From an uncultured Campylobacter sp. (GTDB lineage Bacteria; Actinomycetota; Actinomycetes; Mycobacteriales; Mycobacteriaceae), in assembly GCA_943913625.1 (NCBI GenBank), contig CALTYW010000001.1, positions 1-51,017 on the forward strand: a stretch of DNA of 51,017 bases, in the 5' to 3' direction. The position numbers were made by a program, and so were the translations under genes. The notes beneath the pieces are model-generated. The model did no database searches, had not been told where the DNA came from, and saw nothing but the letters and a program-made list of their open reading frames with translations. Below, piece after piece: positions 29,278 through 39,361 of the stretch (position 1 is its first letter; each line of letters opens with the position of its first letter).

Positions 29278-29726
29278 CCCGCCACGATAAGCCCCCGGTG
29301 TTTCCTGACCTGTTGCCTGATCTGGCGAACCATCTCGCGGGGGAGAAGATCGGCCAGTTCAACGTGCGCGGGATCTACAAGACGTTCGCGCCGCCGGCGA
29401 TCTACTTCGGCACCATCCCGGACGAAGCCGGGTACGCCATCGCGATCAACCACTACGACACGGTCACCAACCTGGGCCGCGACACGTCGACGCCTGCGAT
29501 CAAGGTGCAGTTCCGCGCCAGGGGAGACAAGCACCCGCACAGCCCCGCCAGGATCCTCGACCGCATCTACCAAGAACTCCACGACCGGGATCACTTCGAG
29601 CTGGACAACTCCACCACCGTCCTACGTTGCATCTGTCACCTCCGAGGACCGGAGGAACAGGACACACAAGGCCGCTGGACGCGGGCCGATTCCTACACCC
29701 TCACACTCAATCCTCAAGGAGAGTAA
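29274..29726 (+). CDS. Tail terminator-like protein
   Basis: Synteny; VQFRARG. Confidence 0.65.
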   Translation: MTRHDKPPVFPDLLPDLANHLAGEKIGQFNVRGIYKTFAPPAIYFGTIPDEAGYAIAINHYDTVTNLGRDTSTPAIKVQFRARGDKHPHSPARILDRIYQELHDRDHFELDNSTTVLRCICHLRGPEEQDTQGRWTRADSYTLTLNPQGE

Positions 29727-29732
29727 CCCCAA

Positions 29733-30296
29733 ATGGCAGTAGCAAAAGCACCCGCATCCTTTGATCTCGCATCCACCCTCGCCCGCGACTGGGCACTCCA
29801 AGTCAAGAACGAAGCAGGCGAGTGGGTCTTCGTTCGTGGCCTGTCCAAGTTCGCGCCGAAGACCACCCCGACGATGAAGGACGACTCCGACATCGACTCC
29901 GAGGGCTACAAGTCCCAGATCGCAACCGCCCTCCAGCAGACGTTCGAGGGCGAGGGCTACCGCAAGGGCACCCTCGCTGGTGAGACGTTCAAGCAGGACG
30001 AGGGCCAGGCGGCGCTGCGCGCAGTGGGCCGCAAGATGGGCCTCGGCAACGTCATCCCCGCCCGCTGCTGGCGCACCGACGGTGTGGAAGAGGGCTACGA
30101 GGGCCACTTCTCCGTCGAGTGGACGGATAACGACGGTGGTAACGAGGATCTGGATCAGTTCTCGTTCACGATGATGTCTCGTGGTAAGCCGATGGCGATT
30201 AAGCCGGTCACCGATCCGCAGGGTGATTCCGTTCCGACGGGCGAGGATAACTCGTTCCGCCAGGGTGGCTCCACTGTGACGACTCCGGCCCAGTAA
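29733..30296 (+). CDS. Major tail tube protein
   Basis: Synteny; strong SD; STLARDW. Confidence 0.8.
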   Translation: MAVAKAPASFDLASTLARDWALQVKNEAGEWVFVRGLSKFAPKTTPTMKDDSDIDSEGYKSQIATALQQTFEGEGYRKGTLAGETFKQDEGQAALRAVGRKMGLGNVIPARCWRTDGVEEGYEGHFSVEWTDNDGGNEDLDQFSFTMMSRGKPMAIKPVTDPQGDSVPTGEDNSFRQGGSTVTTPAQ

Positions 30297-30369
30297 CCCG
30301 GCTGGACAATAAGCGGGCGGTGCCACTATTCGCGGTGTCACTGCCCGCTTTCTCATGTCTGGAGCACTG

Positions 30370-30834
30370 GTGAAAGACCTCCGCGAATTCCACGACCCGC
30401 ACCTCTACCTGCCGATCAACGGCAAGACCTACACCGTCAAAGCCCCCAACGCCGAGGACGGCCTGCGGCTGAAAACCTACGTCATGTCCGACTCCTCCGT
30501 GGACATGACCGTTGCGGGCAAGTCCAACATCGAGATGGTCGCTATCGTGCTGAACTCGACCTACGACCCGGCCACCGACACCATGTCGGGCGGCTTGTGG
30601 GACGAGCTGGTTGCCGACGGGATCCCGCTCGCAGAAATCATGCACGTCGCCAACACGGCTATCGCGCACTTCGCGGTGGGTGAGAACTTCGGCACCTATT
30701 GGTGGGAGAACCGCCTGGGAAAAGAACTGGAGCCACTGGTGCCGGAAGCGACGATGGGGCTGATCGAGACAGTGGCCGAAGCCCAGGAAACAGCACCGTC
30801 ACCGGCGAACATGCCGAAGAAGAAACGCTCCTAG
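30370..30834 (+). CDS. Tail assembly chaperone (G)
   Basis: Between tube and tape measure genes; GGGAAAA slippery site at 30717-30723. Confidence 0.8.
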   Translation: MKDLREFHDPHLYLPINGKTYTVKAPNAEDGLRLKTYVMSDSSVDMTVAGKSNIEMVAIVLNSTYDPATDTMSGGLWDELVADGIPLAEIMHVANTAIAHFAVGENFGTYWWENRLGKELEPLVPEATMGLIETVAEAQETAPSPANMPKKKRS

Positions 30835-31184
30835 ATGGCCCGTACGGCCCCTACGACCCACGGCCCCGCGCCTACGGAGAAGACGACCCCGGTGGTGGCC
30901 CGTACGACCCGGAGACGGGCTTGCGCGACTGGTACGGCTACACCGGCCCGCTTGTCGAGCAAGACCCGGAGCCGGAGCCGGTACAGATCCCGTGGTCGCT
31001 GATCCTGGAGCACTGGGCCGACATCGAGTGCGACCTGCACGAGAAATTCAATATCGACGCCGAATCGGGCATTTTGCGTCAACGCACCTGGCGGTGGCTC
31101 GAGCTGCGAATCACCGACCTGACCCGCCAGCCGTCACGACTCAAACAGGTCTGTGACGCCTACGCCCTAGAGGTGAGCCAATAA
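30717..31184 (+). CDS. Tail assembly chaperone -1 frameshift extension (GT)
   Basis: Open -1 frame from the slippery site to the TMP start; WADIECDLHE..RTWRW. Confidence 0.75.
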   Translation, partial: GKRTGATGAGSDDGADRDSGRSPGNSTVTGEHAEEETLLDGPYGPYDPRPRAYGEDDPGGGPYDPETGLRDWYGYTGPLVEQDPEPEPVQIPWSLILEHWADIECDLHEKFNIDAESGILRQRTWRWLELRITDLTRQPSRLKQVCDAYALEVSQ

Positions 31185-34100
31185 TGTCGATGGATCTGGG
31201 TACACTCCACGCCAAAATCACAGTCGATGCCAACGGTGTGTCGTCCACGCTGGGCAGCGTCAAGCGCGACCTGTCCGATGTCAAGCGCGACATGGAGCGC
31301 GTCGAGCGCACCAAGATGAACGTCGCCCCCACCGGGGAAGACAAAATCAAGTCCGCGTCGAAGAGCGCGCAACAGCTCGGCCAGGACATGGACAAAGCCG
31401 GCGACGCCGCCGAAAACCTGCGCGTCTCCGAGCAGCCCGCGCAGGAGCTGGAGCGCGCCGCTGGCTCCGGGCGGGGCTTGTCCGATGTGCTCTCGGGGCT
31501 GGGGAACGTCGCTCCGCTGGTTGGCCTGGCGGCTGCTGGCGCGGGTGTGGCCGGGGCGTTCCAACAGGCGCTCGAGCTGGGTAACGAGTTTACGAACCAG
31601 ATCAACACGGTGCGTGCCGTGTCGGGGGCGACCGAGGAGCAGTTGGCGGCTGTGGGGCAGCGCGCCCGCGAACTCGGCAACGACATCACCCTGTCCAACA
31701 CCTCGGCGTCCGATGCAGCGCTGGCGATGGCGGAGCTGGCTAAGGGTGGTTTCGAGGTCGACCAGGCGATGCAGGCTGCTAAGGGCACGTTGCAGCTCGC
31801 CGCTGCCGCGCAGGTGGATGCGGGTACGGCTGCGACGATCCAGGCGCAGGCGCTCAACAGCTTCGGGTTGCAGGCGGACTACGCGGCTAAGGCTGCGGAC
31901 GTGCTCGCCAACGCCGCGAACGCCTCGACTGCGGAAATGACCGACATCGCAGCCGGTTTACAGCAATCCGGCGCAGTCGCCGCACAGTTCGGCCTGTCAC
32001 TGGAGGACACTTCCGCAGCGCTGGGCATGTTCGCCAACGCCGGTATCACCGGCTCTGACGCCGGTACGCTGCTGAAAACCGCGCTACTGTCCCTGACCGA
32101 TCAGGGCAAGCCCGCGCAGCAAGCGATGGAAGAGCTGGGGCTGACCGTCTACGACGCCCAGGGCAAGTTCGTCGGCATGCACTCCCTGATGGAGCAGCTC
32201 GGGGAAGCCGCATCCCGCATGAGCGACGAGGAATATCAGGCTGCCGCCGCGACCCTGTTCGGCTCGGACGCGATGCGTCTGGCGGGTATCGCTGGTGAGC
32301 ACGGCGCGTCGGGCTACGACCAGATGCGTGAAGCCGTGGAGCGCGAGGGGGCGGCTGCTGATGTGGCTGCTGCGAAGACTCGTGGTCTGCCGGGTGCTAT
32401 CGCAGCTGTCGAGAACAGCGCCGAAGAACTCGCCTTGACGCTGTACGACCAGTTCTCCCCCGCACTAGAGAGCGGGCTGCGCCACCTCGCAGGCGGCATG
32501 GACGCCCTCGGCCCCGCAATCGCCGGCGTCGGCAACGCCATGCGCGCCGTCCCCGGCCCAGTATTCATTGCCATGCTCGCCGGCGTCGCCACCCGCATGC
32601 TCGACCTCAACACGAAGATGACGAGCGGGGTCGGGTCGATCAACCGCTACGCCAACACGGTGCGCACCCAGCTCACCTCCGCGTGGGCCACGGCCCGTAC
32701 CTCCGGCCAGCAGGCATCCGCCCAGCTTCGTGAGCGTCGCGCACAGCTCGCGCAGACCGCAGCAGCCGAACGCGCATTCGCCAACACCACCAAGAGCGCC
32801 CACATGTCCGCTATCGCGACGTCGCGGGCAATGGAGCTGGAGTGGAAGACCCGCATGCTCGGCATGCAGACCGCAGCAACCACGTTCGCGGGCACCACTC
32901 GCGGTGTGATGGTGGCCGGTTTCAACGGCATCAAGACTGCCGCGTCTGGGCTTATGGGGCTGCTCGGTGGGCCGTGGGGGTTGGCGCTTACCGCTGCTGC
33001 CGGTGTGGTCAGCGTGCTCGCCAGCAAGCACATGGAGGCTAAGGCTGCGGAGGAAGAGCACCAGGCGCAGCAAGCCCAACTCAAAGACAGCCTGGATCAG
33101 ACCACCGGCGCGATCACCGCCCAGACCAACGAACTACAAAAGAAGCGCGCTGAGGAAAACGATTGGATCGACACCGCAAATCAGCTCGGCGTGTCCTCCG
33201 ATACCGTTGTGGCCGCTATGAACGGCAACGCAGGTGCCATGCGTGAGGTCGAAAACGCCACCAAAGCTTCTACCCGCGCTGCTATCGAGGGTTCCGACAC
33301 CTGGAAGAAGAAAGCTGATCTGTACGCCGAATCCGGCGTGTCGCTCGACCTGCTGACCGACGCCGTCCACGGCAACGCAGACGCACAAAAGCAGCTGTCC
33401 GACATCATGGGCGGCGAGGGCGAACTCAACTTCTGGTCGAAGAAAGTCGAGGACGCCACCGCAAAGGCCCGTGACCTCAAAGACGGCGTCAACGGCGCAG
33501 CAGGCGAAGTAGAAGAGCTACAGGGCAAACTCCGCGCCGACCAGATCGCTGGCATCGATAAAGTGATTGGACAGACCCGCGACGCGTTCGCGCAGCTGGG
33601 TGATTCGATCACCGGCATTCCCGACGAGAAGACCATCGAGGTCTCGTCGATGGCCCCTGACGTCAAAAAGCAGTTCGAAGACCTGAACGCCACTGTCGAG
33701 CGCGGCGCGGATGGCCAGGTTCGAGTTACTTTTGACGATGGGCTCAACGTCATGGCCATGCTCGATCAAATCGGCGCGAGGGCTAAGGCGGGAATCGACG
33801 GTCGCGTCGATCTCTCCGACAACACCCCCGAGGTGCAAGAGCGACTCATTCAGCTCGGCATAGCGACCCGTGACCCAATCACTGGGCAACTCATGATGAC
33901 CGACAACTTGGCTGAAGTCATGGGCAAGCAAGAAGAACTCGGCGCCATCACTCGCGACCCCATCACTCAAGAGTTCACCGTTGTCGACAACGTCGAGCTG
34001 GTGAAGTCGGCGCTGCGTGACCTCAAGCAGGACATTTACGACATTCCACCTGGTGAAGTCCGCATCATGGACGACACCCCGAAGAACCGTGCCAACGTGC

Positions 34101-36661
34101 GCCAGCTCGGTATCGAGGTCGCGGAGCTACCCGGTGGTCACATCGCGATCACCGATACCTCACCGGAGAACCTGCTCAATCTCGCGACTCTCGGAACGCA
34201 AACGCAGAACCTCCCTCCGGGGCACGTCGGCATCACCGACACCACGCCAGAGAACCTTGCGCACCTCGCTGATCTGGGCGTCAAGACAACGACGCTGCCG
34301 AACGGCAAGGTGGTGGTCTCCGACAACGCCGATACGACCGCCAACCACATCAAGACCGTGCTGGCACCGCAGGCGATCAACACGTTCTCCGACCACACGG
34401 TCAACATCGTCCGCCGCATCACCGACATCTTCACCCGTGGCGACGCCAACGGCGGCGTGTACGACGGGGCGCAGCGCGCCCAAGCGTTCGCGGACGGCGG
34501 CACGACTCGAGCACTCGATCAGGCCATGTCCGGCCCCCGCAAGGAACCGGCGCACGTCGCCACGATCACCCCGCCCGGCACCTACCGCGTCCACGGCGAA
34601 TCCGAGACCGGGGGCGAAGCCTACATCCCCCTCGCAGCGTCGAAGCGTGACCGCTCCACCCGCATCCTGAACCACGTCGCCACCAGCTTTGGCTACAACC
34701 TCGTCACCAACGACGGGCGCGCTGTCGCACTTGCGGACGGCGCGGTGCTGCCGGGTGCTGCCGTGGAGAAGAAGCTGAAGTACATGGACAACACCCCCTA
34801 CATTTTCGGCGGGTGGACGCGTGCCGGCGTCGACTGCTCGGGCGCTGTCTCCCTCGGCGTGAACACAGCTTTGGGTCTGGACGAGTGGGACTCGCGTACC
34901 GCCACCGCTGGTGAGGGCGCGTGGCTGACGCAGAAAAACTTCCAGCGCGGCAAAGGCCAATCCGGCGACATCCGCGTCGCGTTCTACAATGGCGGGCCAG
35001 GTGGCGGCCACACGGCCATGCAGCTCGACAACGGCACGTTCATCGAGTCCGGCGGCAACACCGGGGGTGGCTTCACGATCAACCGTGGCGCAGGCCCACT
35101 CGAGGGCAGGGGCTTCACCGACTGGTACTTCCTGCCCGGTGCCCGCCCACTCAAGCCGGGGGAGGGGCTGGACTACTTCGACGCGCTCGACGGCGCGGCC
35201 GGCACCCGCACTGCCCGCGCCGCAAGGGGAAGCGACCTCGACGGCGTGAGCACCACCGAGCAGAAGCGCGAACTCAACGGCGGCGCAGGCCCGTTGATTC
35301 GTGACGGCTCCGTCCTGGAGCTGGTTGCCGCGCTCTACTCGTACCAGACTGGCCACCCGATGGACGACGACATTGTCTCCTGGGGCCAGGCCATCGGCCT
35401 GTACTCCGAGCTGTCCGAGAAGTCGGAGAAGAAAGCCGCCAAGGAAGCTGACAAGCTCACCAAGTCCATCGAGAAGAAGTCTGAGCAGCTCGACAAAAAG
35501 CGCGAAGCCCTCCCCACCGCCGAGGAAGACCTGCGCATTGCGAAGATGAAGCGCGACGAGGTCTACGGCAAAAAGGACAAGAACGGCAAGACCACCGCCA
35601 CCGAATCGCAAAAGGCCGCTGCCGATCAGCGCGTGGTCAAAGCCGAGCAAAAGGTCGAGAAGCTCAAGGAAGAAATCGCCAAGCTCGAAAAAGAAATGGC
35701 CGAGCAGGAAGCCGCACTCGCGGAGCTTGATTCCGACGTGCTGACCCCGGTCAACGAGATGGAAAAGGCCTCCGGCACCTCGGGCAACAAGTACGCCGAC
35801 GAAATCATCAAGGAGGGCCGCAAACGCGGTATCACTGACCGTGGCATCAAGATCGCGCTCGCCACTGCGCTGGTGGAGTCGAACATGAAGATGTACGCGA
35901 ACCCGGCGGATCCGCCGTCGATGAAAATGCCGCATGACGCGGTCGGCTCCGACCACGATTCCGTGGGCCTGTTCCAGCAGCGGGCGAACGGCGCGTGGGG
36001 CACCACCGCCGACCGCATGGATCCAGCCAAGAGCGCGGGCATGTTCTACGACCAGCTGGTCAAGGCGGACTACAACACCGGCGACGCCGGCGCGCACGCC
36101 CAACGTGTGCAGCGCTCGGCGTTTCCTGGACGCTACGCGCAGCGCATGGACGAAGCCCAAGGCTTCCTCGACAAGTACAACTCGAGCGCTAAGGCGAAGA
36201 TCACCCCGATGGCTGACGGCGGCATCCTCGGGAATGCGCGCCAGGCGTCGATCAACGAGGGGTCGGCGGTGCTGTGGGCGGAAGCCGGGCCGGAAGCCTA
36301 CATCCCCCTGTCTTCCGATAAGCGGGCACGCTCCATCGAGATTTGGAAAGAGACCGGCAAACGCCTGGGCGTCGACGTCATGAGCATGTTCAACCTGATC
36401 GGCTCCGGCCTGCCCGGACTGGTGGAGGGCAAGCTCGACTTCGACACCGGGGGCAGCACCTCGATCCACCGCCTGGGCATCAACGAGGAAGCGGCGTCGT
36501 ACCGGGCGAAGCGTCACGCCCAGCGCGAGGTCACCAACGCCGTGGGCGCAGTCTTCAACGGCCCGGTGCAAATCAACGACCCGAAGCAGTACCTCCAGCG
36601 CCAGATGGACACCGCCCAGAAGCAGCTAGGTAATGCCATGAGGAGCGTGATGCTGAAATGA
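31184..36661 (+). CDS. Tape measure protein with NlpC/P60-like and lytic transglycosylase-like domains
   Basis: 1825 aa, Ala-rich; PYIFGG..GVDCSG..GHTA; ALVESN..SVGLFQQ. Confidence 0.93.
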   Translation: MSMDLGTLHAKITVDANGVSSTLGSVKRDLSDVKRDMERVERTKMNVAPTGEDKIKSASKSAQQLGQDMDKAGDAAENLRVSEQPAQELERAAGSGRGLSDVLSGLGNVAPLVGLAAAGAGVAGAFQQALELGNEFTNQINTVRAVSGATEEQLAAVGQRARELGNDITLSNTSASDAALAMAELAKGGFEVDQAMQAAKGTLQLAAAAQVDAGTAATIQAQALNSFGLQADYAAKAADVLANAANASTAEMTDIAAGLQQSGAVAAQFGLSLEDTSAALGMFANAGITGSDAGTLLKTALLSLTDQGKPAQQAMEELGLTVYDAQGKFVGMHSLMEQLGEAASRMSDEEYQAAAATLFGSDAMRLAGIAGEHGASGYDQMREAVEREGAAADVAAAKTRGLPGAIAAVENSAEELALTLYDQFSPALESGLRHLAGGMDALGPAIAGVGNAMRAVPGPVFIAMLAGVATRMLDLNTKMTSGVGSINRYANTVRTQLTSAWATARTSGQQASAQLRERRAQLAQTAAAERAFANTTKSAHMSAIATSRAMELEWKTRMLGMQTAATTFAGTTRGVMVAGFNGIKTAASGLMGLLGGPWGLALTAAAGVVSVLASKHMEAKAAEEEHQAQQAQLKDSLDQTTGAITAQTNELQKKRAEENDWIDTANQLGVSSDTVVAAMNGNAGAMREVENATKASTRAAIEGSDTWKKKADLYAESGVSLDLLTDAVHGNADAQKQLSDIMGGEGELNFWSKKVEDATAKARDLKDGVNGAAGEVEELQGKLRADQIAGIDKVIGQTRDAFAQLGDSITGIPDEKTIEVSSMAPDVKKQFEDLNATVERGADGQVRVTFDDGLNVMAMLDQIGARAKAGIDGRVDLSDNTPEVQERLIQLGIATRDPITGQLMMTDNLAEVMGKQEELGAITRDPITQEFTVVDNVELVKSALRDLKQDIYDIPPGEVRIMDDTPKNRANVRQLGIEVAELPGGHIAITDTSPENLLNLATLGTQTQNLPPGHVGITDTTPENLAHLADLGVKTTTLPNGKVVVSDNADTTANHIKTVLAPQAINTFSDHTVNIVRRITDIFTRGDANGGVYDGAQRAQAFADGGTTRALDQAMSGPRKEPAHVATITPPGTYRVHGESETGGEAYIPLAASKRDRSTRILNHVATSFGYNLVTNDGRAVALADGAVLPGAAVEKKLKYMDNTPYIFGGWTRAGVDCSGAVSLGVNTALGLDEWDSRTATAGEGAWLTQKNFQRGKGQSGDIRVAFYNGGPGGGHTAMQLDNGTFIESGGNTGGGFTINRGAGPLEGRGFTDWYFLPGARPLKPGEGLDYFDALDGAAGTRTARAARGSDLDGVSTTEQKRELNGGAGPLIRDGSVLELVAALYSYQTGHPMDDDIVSWGQAIGLYSELSEKSEKKAAKEADKLTKSIEKKSEQLDKKREALPTAEEDLRIAKMKRDEVYGKKDKNGKTTATESQKAAADQRVVKAEQKVEKLKEEIAKLEKEMAEQEAALAELDSDVLTPVNEMEKASGTSGNKYADEIIKEGRKRGITDRGIKIALATALVESNMKMYANPADPPSMKMPHDAVGSDHDSVGLFQQRANGAWGTTADRMDPAKSAGMFYDQLVKADYNTGDAGAHAQRVQRSAFPGRYAQRMDEAQGFLDKYNSSAKAKITPMADGGILGNARQASINEGSAVLWAEAGPEAYIPLSSDKRARSIEIWKETGKRLGVDVMSMFNLIGSGLPGLVEGKLDFDTGGSTSIHRLGINEEAASYRAKRHAQREVTNAVGAVFNGPVQINDPKQYLQRQMDTAQKQLGNAMRSVMLK

Positions 36662-37722
36662 GCCTGATGCGCACAGACGTGGCGTGGCGTCGTCGTGACG
36701 AGTACCAGCGCCGCGATTTTCTGCGGTTCTTCCTAGTCGGCGCTGACCGGAAAACCCGCTGGGCGTTCGGCGCGCCCGATTCCCCGGTGCGCCTGGCGGA
36801 AATCCCCACCGGGTTGCAGGGCGCGGACTTCGAGCACGACTACCAGGAATTCGTCGGCATGGACGGCGGCCTGTACCGGGGCACGACGGATAAGCGGGGC
36901 ACGATCACGTTGAAGCTGTGGGTGGCTGACCCCCGCTCGAGCGCGTGGGCACGCCGGCAACACACCTTGTGGCGCGAGTCGTTGGGTAGGGGCAAGGCAC
37001 CGGCCCGCCTGTACGTCGTGTCGAAAGAGTCCGGCTACTGGTGGATCGACGTGCGCCCGGAGACCATCGCGGAGGTCGACTACATGGCCGAAGCCTCCCT
37101 GCCCGGTGCGATTGGGGAGACCGGCGAGATTGTCACGTTCACCACGGATCGCAGCTTCTGGACCAGGTTTGACGAGGTGCGCGAATTCACCCCGAAGACC
37201 GGGTTCACCGCCGAGATGCGCAACCTCGGCGACCAGGAAGCGTGGCTGCGGTGGGCGATCACCGGCACCCACTCCGGCGTCGAGGTTGGCATCGGGGACG
37301 ATGTGCACTTCCTCCCCGACCCGCGCACCATCCCGAGCTTGCAGGCGTTCAGCGAGAACGAGCTACTCAACACCCCACTCATGGCGGGAATGATGGCGAA
37401 GCTCGGCATCGCTTCGAAAGAAGACCTGCTCAACGACCCGCAAATGCTCGAAATCCTGCGCAAACAGAACGAGCACATCCCCGCGATGAACTACGACGTC
37501 GGCGGCTACCTCATCGACACGGATGAAGCGTGGCCGTCGCTGCAATCCACCTACGGCGAAGACCTCCAGCCGATCTTCCCCCGCAAGTACTGGACGAAGC
37601 CCTTGCCGCCGCGTGACATGTCCAGGGGCCGCGCCACGAAACTCACCGTCCGCCCGTACAACCCCGGCCCCGACTTCAAAGTCGAGGTCGCCTACACCCC
37701 GAGGACGGAGCAAGCATGGTAG
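36658..37722 (+). CDS. Distal tail (Dit-like) protein
   Basis: Directly after the TMP. Confidence 0.7.
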   Translation: MSLMRTDVAWRRRDEYQRRDFLRFFLVGADRKTRWAFGAPDSPVRLAEIPTGLQGADFEHDYQEFVGMDGGLYRGTTDKRGTITLKLWVADPRSSAWARRQHTLWRESLGRGKAPARLYVVSKESGYWWIDVRPETIAEVDYMAEASLPGAIGETGEIVTFTTDRSFWTRFDEVREFTPKTGFTAEMRNLGDQEAWLRWAITGTHSGVEVGIGDDVHFLPDPRTIPSLQAFSENELLNTPLMAGMMAKLGIASKEDLLNDPQMLEILRKQNEHIPAMNYDVGGYLIDTDEAWPSLQSTYGEDLQPIFPRKYWTKPLPPRDMSRGRATKLTVRPYNPGPDFKVEVAYTPRTEQAW

Positions 37723-39311
37723 AACGCTTGGGCACCAACCCCCTGAACATCAGGGTGCACAACAACGACTACACCCAATCCCGCACACTCGGCCACTACA
37801 TCTCGGCCAGCTTCTCGGAGGAATTCGGCTTCAACGCCGGCACCGGCGAAATCACCGTCGAAGCCAACCACCCCTTGGCGAAACGGCTCATGCAGGCCGA
37901 CGTCGACGTTGTACCCGTCACCGCCGAGTACAACGGCTGGCTGTGGACGGGCCGGGTGCAGTCGTACGTGGCCGCAGGCGCGCCGGGCCGCGAAACGCTC
38001 ACCTGTGAGCTGGTGTCCGACGAAATACAGCTCGCGAGCGTGCTCGCTTTCTCGTCCCCGAATAAGTCGCTGTCGCTGCAAGGCAAGCGCGACGCGGCGC
38101 GTGGCCCGCTGCTCCAGGTGGTGCACCACTACCTCTCGCGCAACCTCGCGAGGGCTGACCTGCCCGTGTACCTGTTCATGCCGCCGCCGAAGAGAAACGA
38201 CACGTCCCCGAAGATCGACGCGTCGGCACGCATGACCTACCTCGATGATCTGCTGCGCGACCAGCTCGACAAGCACGAATACAACCTGACCGCCCGCATG
38301 TGGTGGCCGGGCATGAAATTCCCATACGGGAAGATGGTGCCGTTCAACATCGAGGGCCAGGACGAACTCGGTAGCGTGAAGCAAACGCTTGTCCCCTCCG
38401 AGGACATCACCACCCAGGCGCTCGGGGACATCAGCACGAACTTCGTGCGTCTGCGCAGGGGTGAAGCTGACAACGCGCTCGCGGAGGGGTTGCCGGGCCT
38501 GTACAAGCCGACCACACCGGGCCTTATGGTGTGGGTCGAGCCTGTGCGCAAGCGCGAGCATGTGCGCTTCTCCACCGCGTCCGGCGAGGTCGAGCAGATC
38601 ACCCTGTCCGGCAAAGCCGGTGGGCCGGTGCGCGCCGTGGTCGGCGGGAAGTCCGACGACTGGGTCAACGAGACGATCAACCTCGGCATTGATTTCGCGG
38701 TGCAAGGCATCATCACGGCAGCGTCTGGCGCGGCGACTGGCGCGCTCACGGGTACGGCTATCGGTGCGGTGGCTGGCCCGGTGGGTATGGCTGTCGGCGC
38801 GATGGCCGGCGGCGTCATCGGGTCGCTGGCGAAGAATGCGATGGAGGACACGGTCTTCGCGTTCACGGATCGCGTCGATGTGAACCGGCGCGCCGCCGAG
38901 GGGCCGTTCCACCTCCGCGAAAGCTTCACCAGCTCGAGCGCGGGCGTGTTCACCTACGACACCTCCGCACTCGCGGAGCGCGCCCTGATCGACGCCGAGG
39001 GCGGACAAGCCATCGAATTCACGATGGTGGACGGCCAGTCGAAGATCCTCGGGGAGGACAGGCGCGCCGAGAACGGCAAGGTGATCTACGGCTACAAGGT
39101 GGGCGACCGAGTGCAGCTCCACGAGCACCTCTCGGGCCGCAGCGTGACCGACATTGTCACCGGGGTGGAGGTCAAAGACGAGGTTGGTGCGCGCCTGCGG
39201 GTCACCCCGAGGGTCGGCAAGCAGCGCAACACGTCGAACCCGTTCGTGGACATGGTCGAGGGCATGAACAAAGCCTTTGGCACGCTGCGCGACCTCGGAT
39301 TGGCCACGTAG
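37716..39311 (+). CDS. Baseplate hub/minor tail protein
   Basis: Synteny; GYKVGDRV near the C-terminus. Confidence 0.7.
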   Translation: MVERLGTNPLNIRVHNNDYTQSRTLGHYISASFSEEFGFNAGTGEITVEANHPLAKRLMQADVDVVPVTAEYNGWLWTGRVQSYVAAGAPGRETLTCELVSDEIQLASVLAFSSPNKSLSLQGKRDAARGPLLQVVHHYLSRNLARADLPVYLFMPPPKRNDTSPKIDASARMTYLDDLLRDQLDKHEYNLTARMWWPGMKFPYGKMVPFNIEGQDELGSVKQTLVPSEDITTQALGDISTNFVRLRRGEADNALAEGLPGLYKPTTPGLMVWVEPVRKREHVRFSTASGEVEQITLSGKAGGPVRAVVGGKSDDWVNETINLGIDFAVQGIITAASGAATGALTGTAIGAVAGPVGMAVGAMAGGVIGSLAKNAMEDTVFAFTDRVDVNRRAAEGPFHLRESFTSSSAGVFTYDTSALAERALIDAEGGQAIEFTMVDGQSKILGEDRRAENGKVIYGYKVGDRVQLHEHLSGRSVTDIVTGVEVKDEVGARLRVTPRVGKQRNTSNPFVDMVEGMNKAFGTLRDLGLAT

Positions 39312-39361
39312 GACAACGGGCCGCTTGCGGGACTCTCCCCAGTCGAAAGGGGAGATGCCCA

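Noticed and set aside
30717..30723. Programmed -1 frameshift as a novelty
   Set aside because: Standard tail assembly chaperone feature
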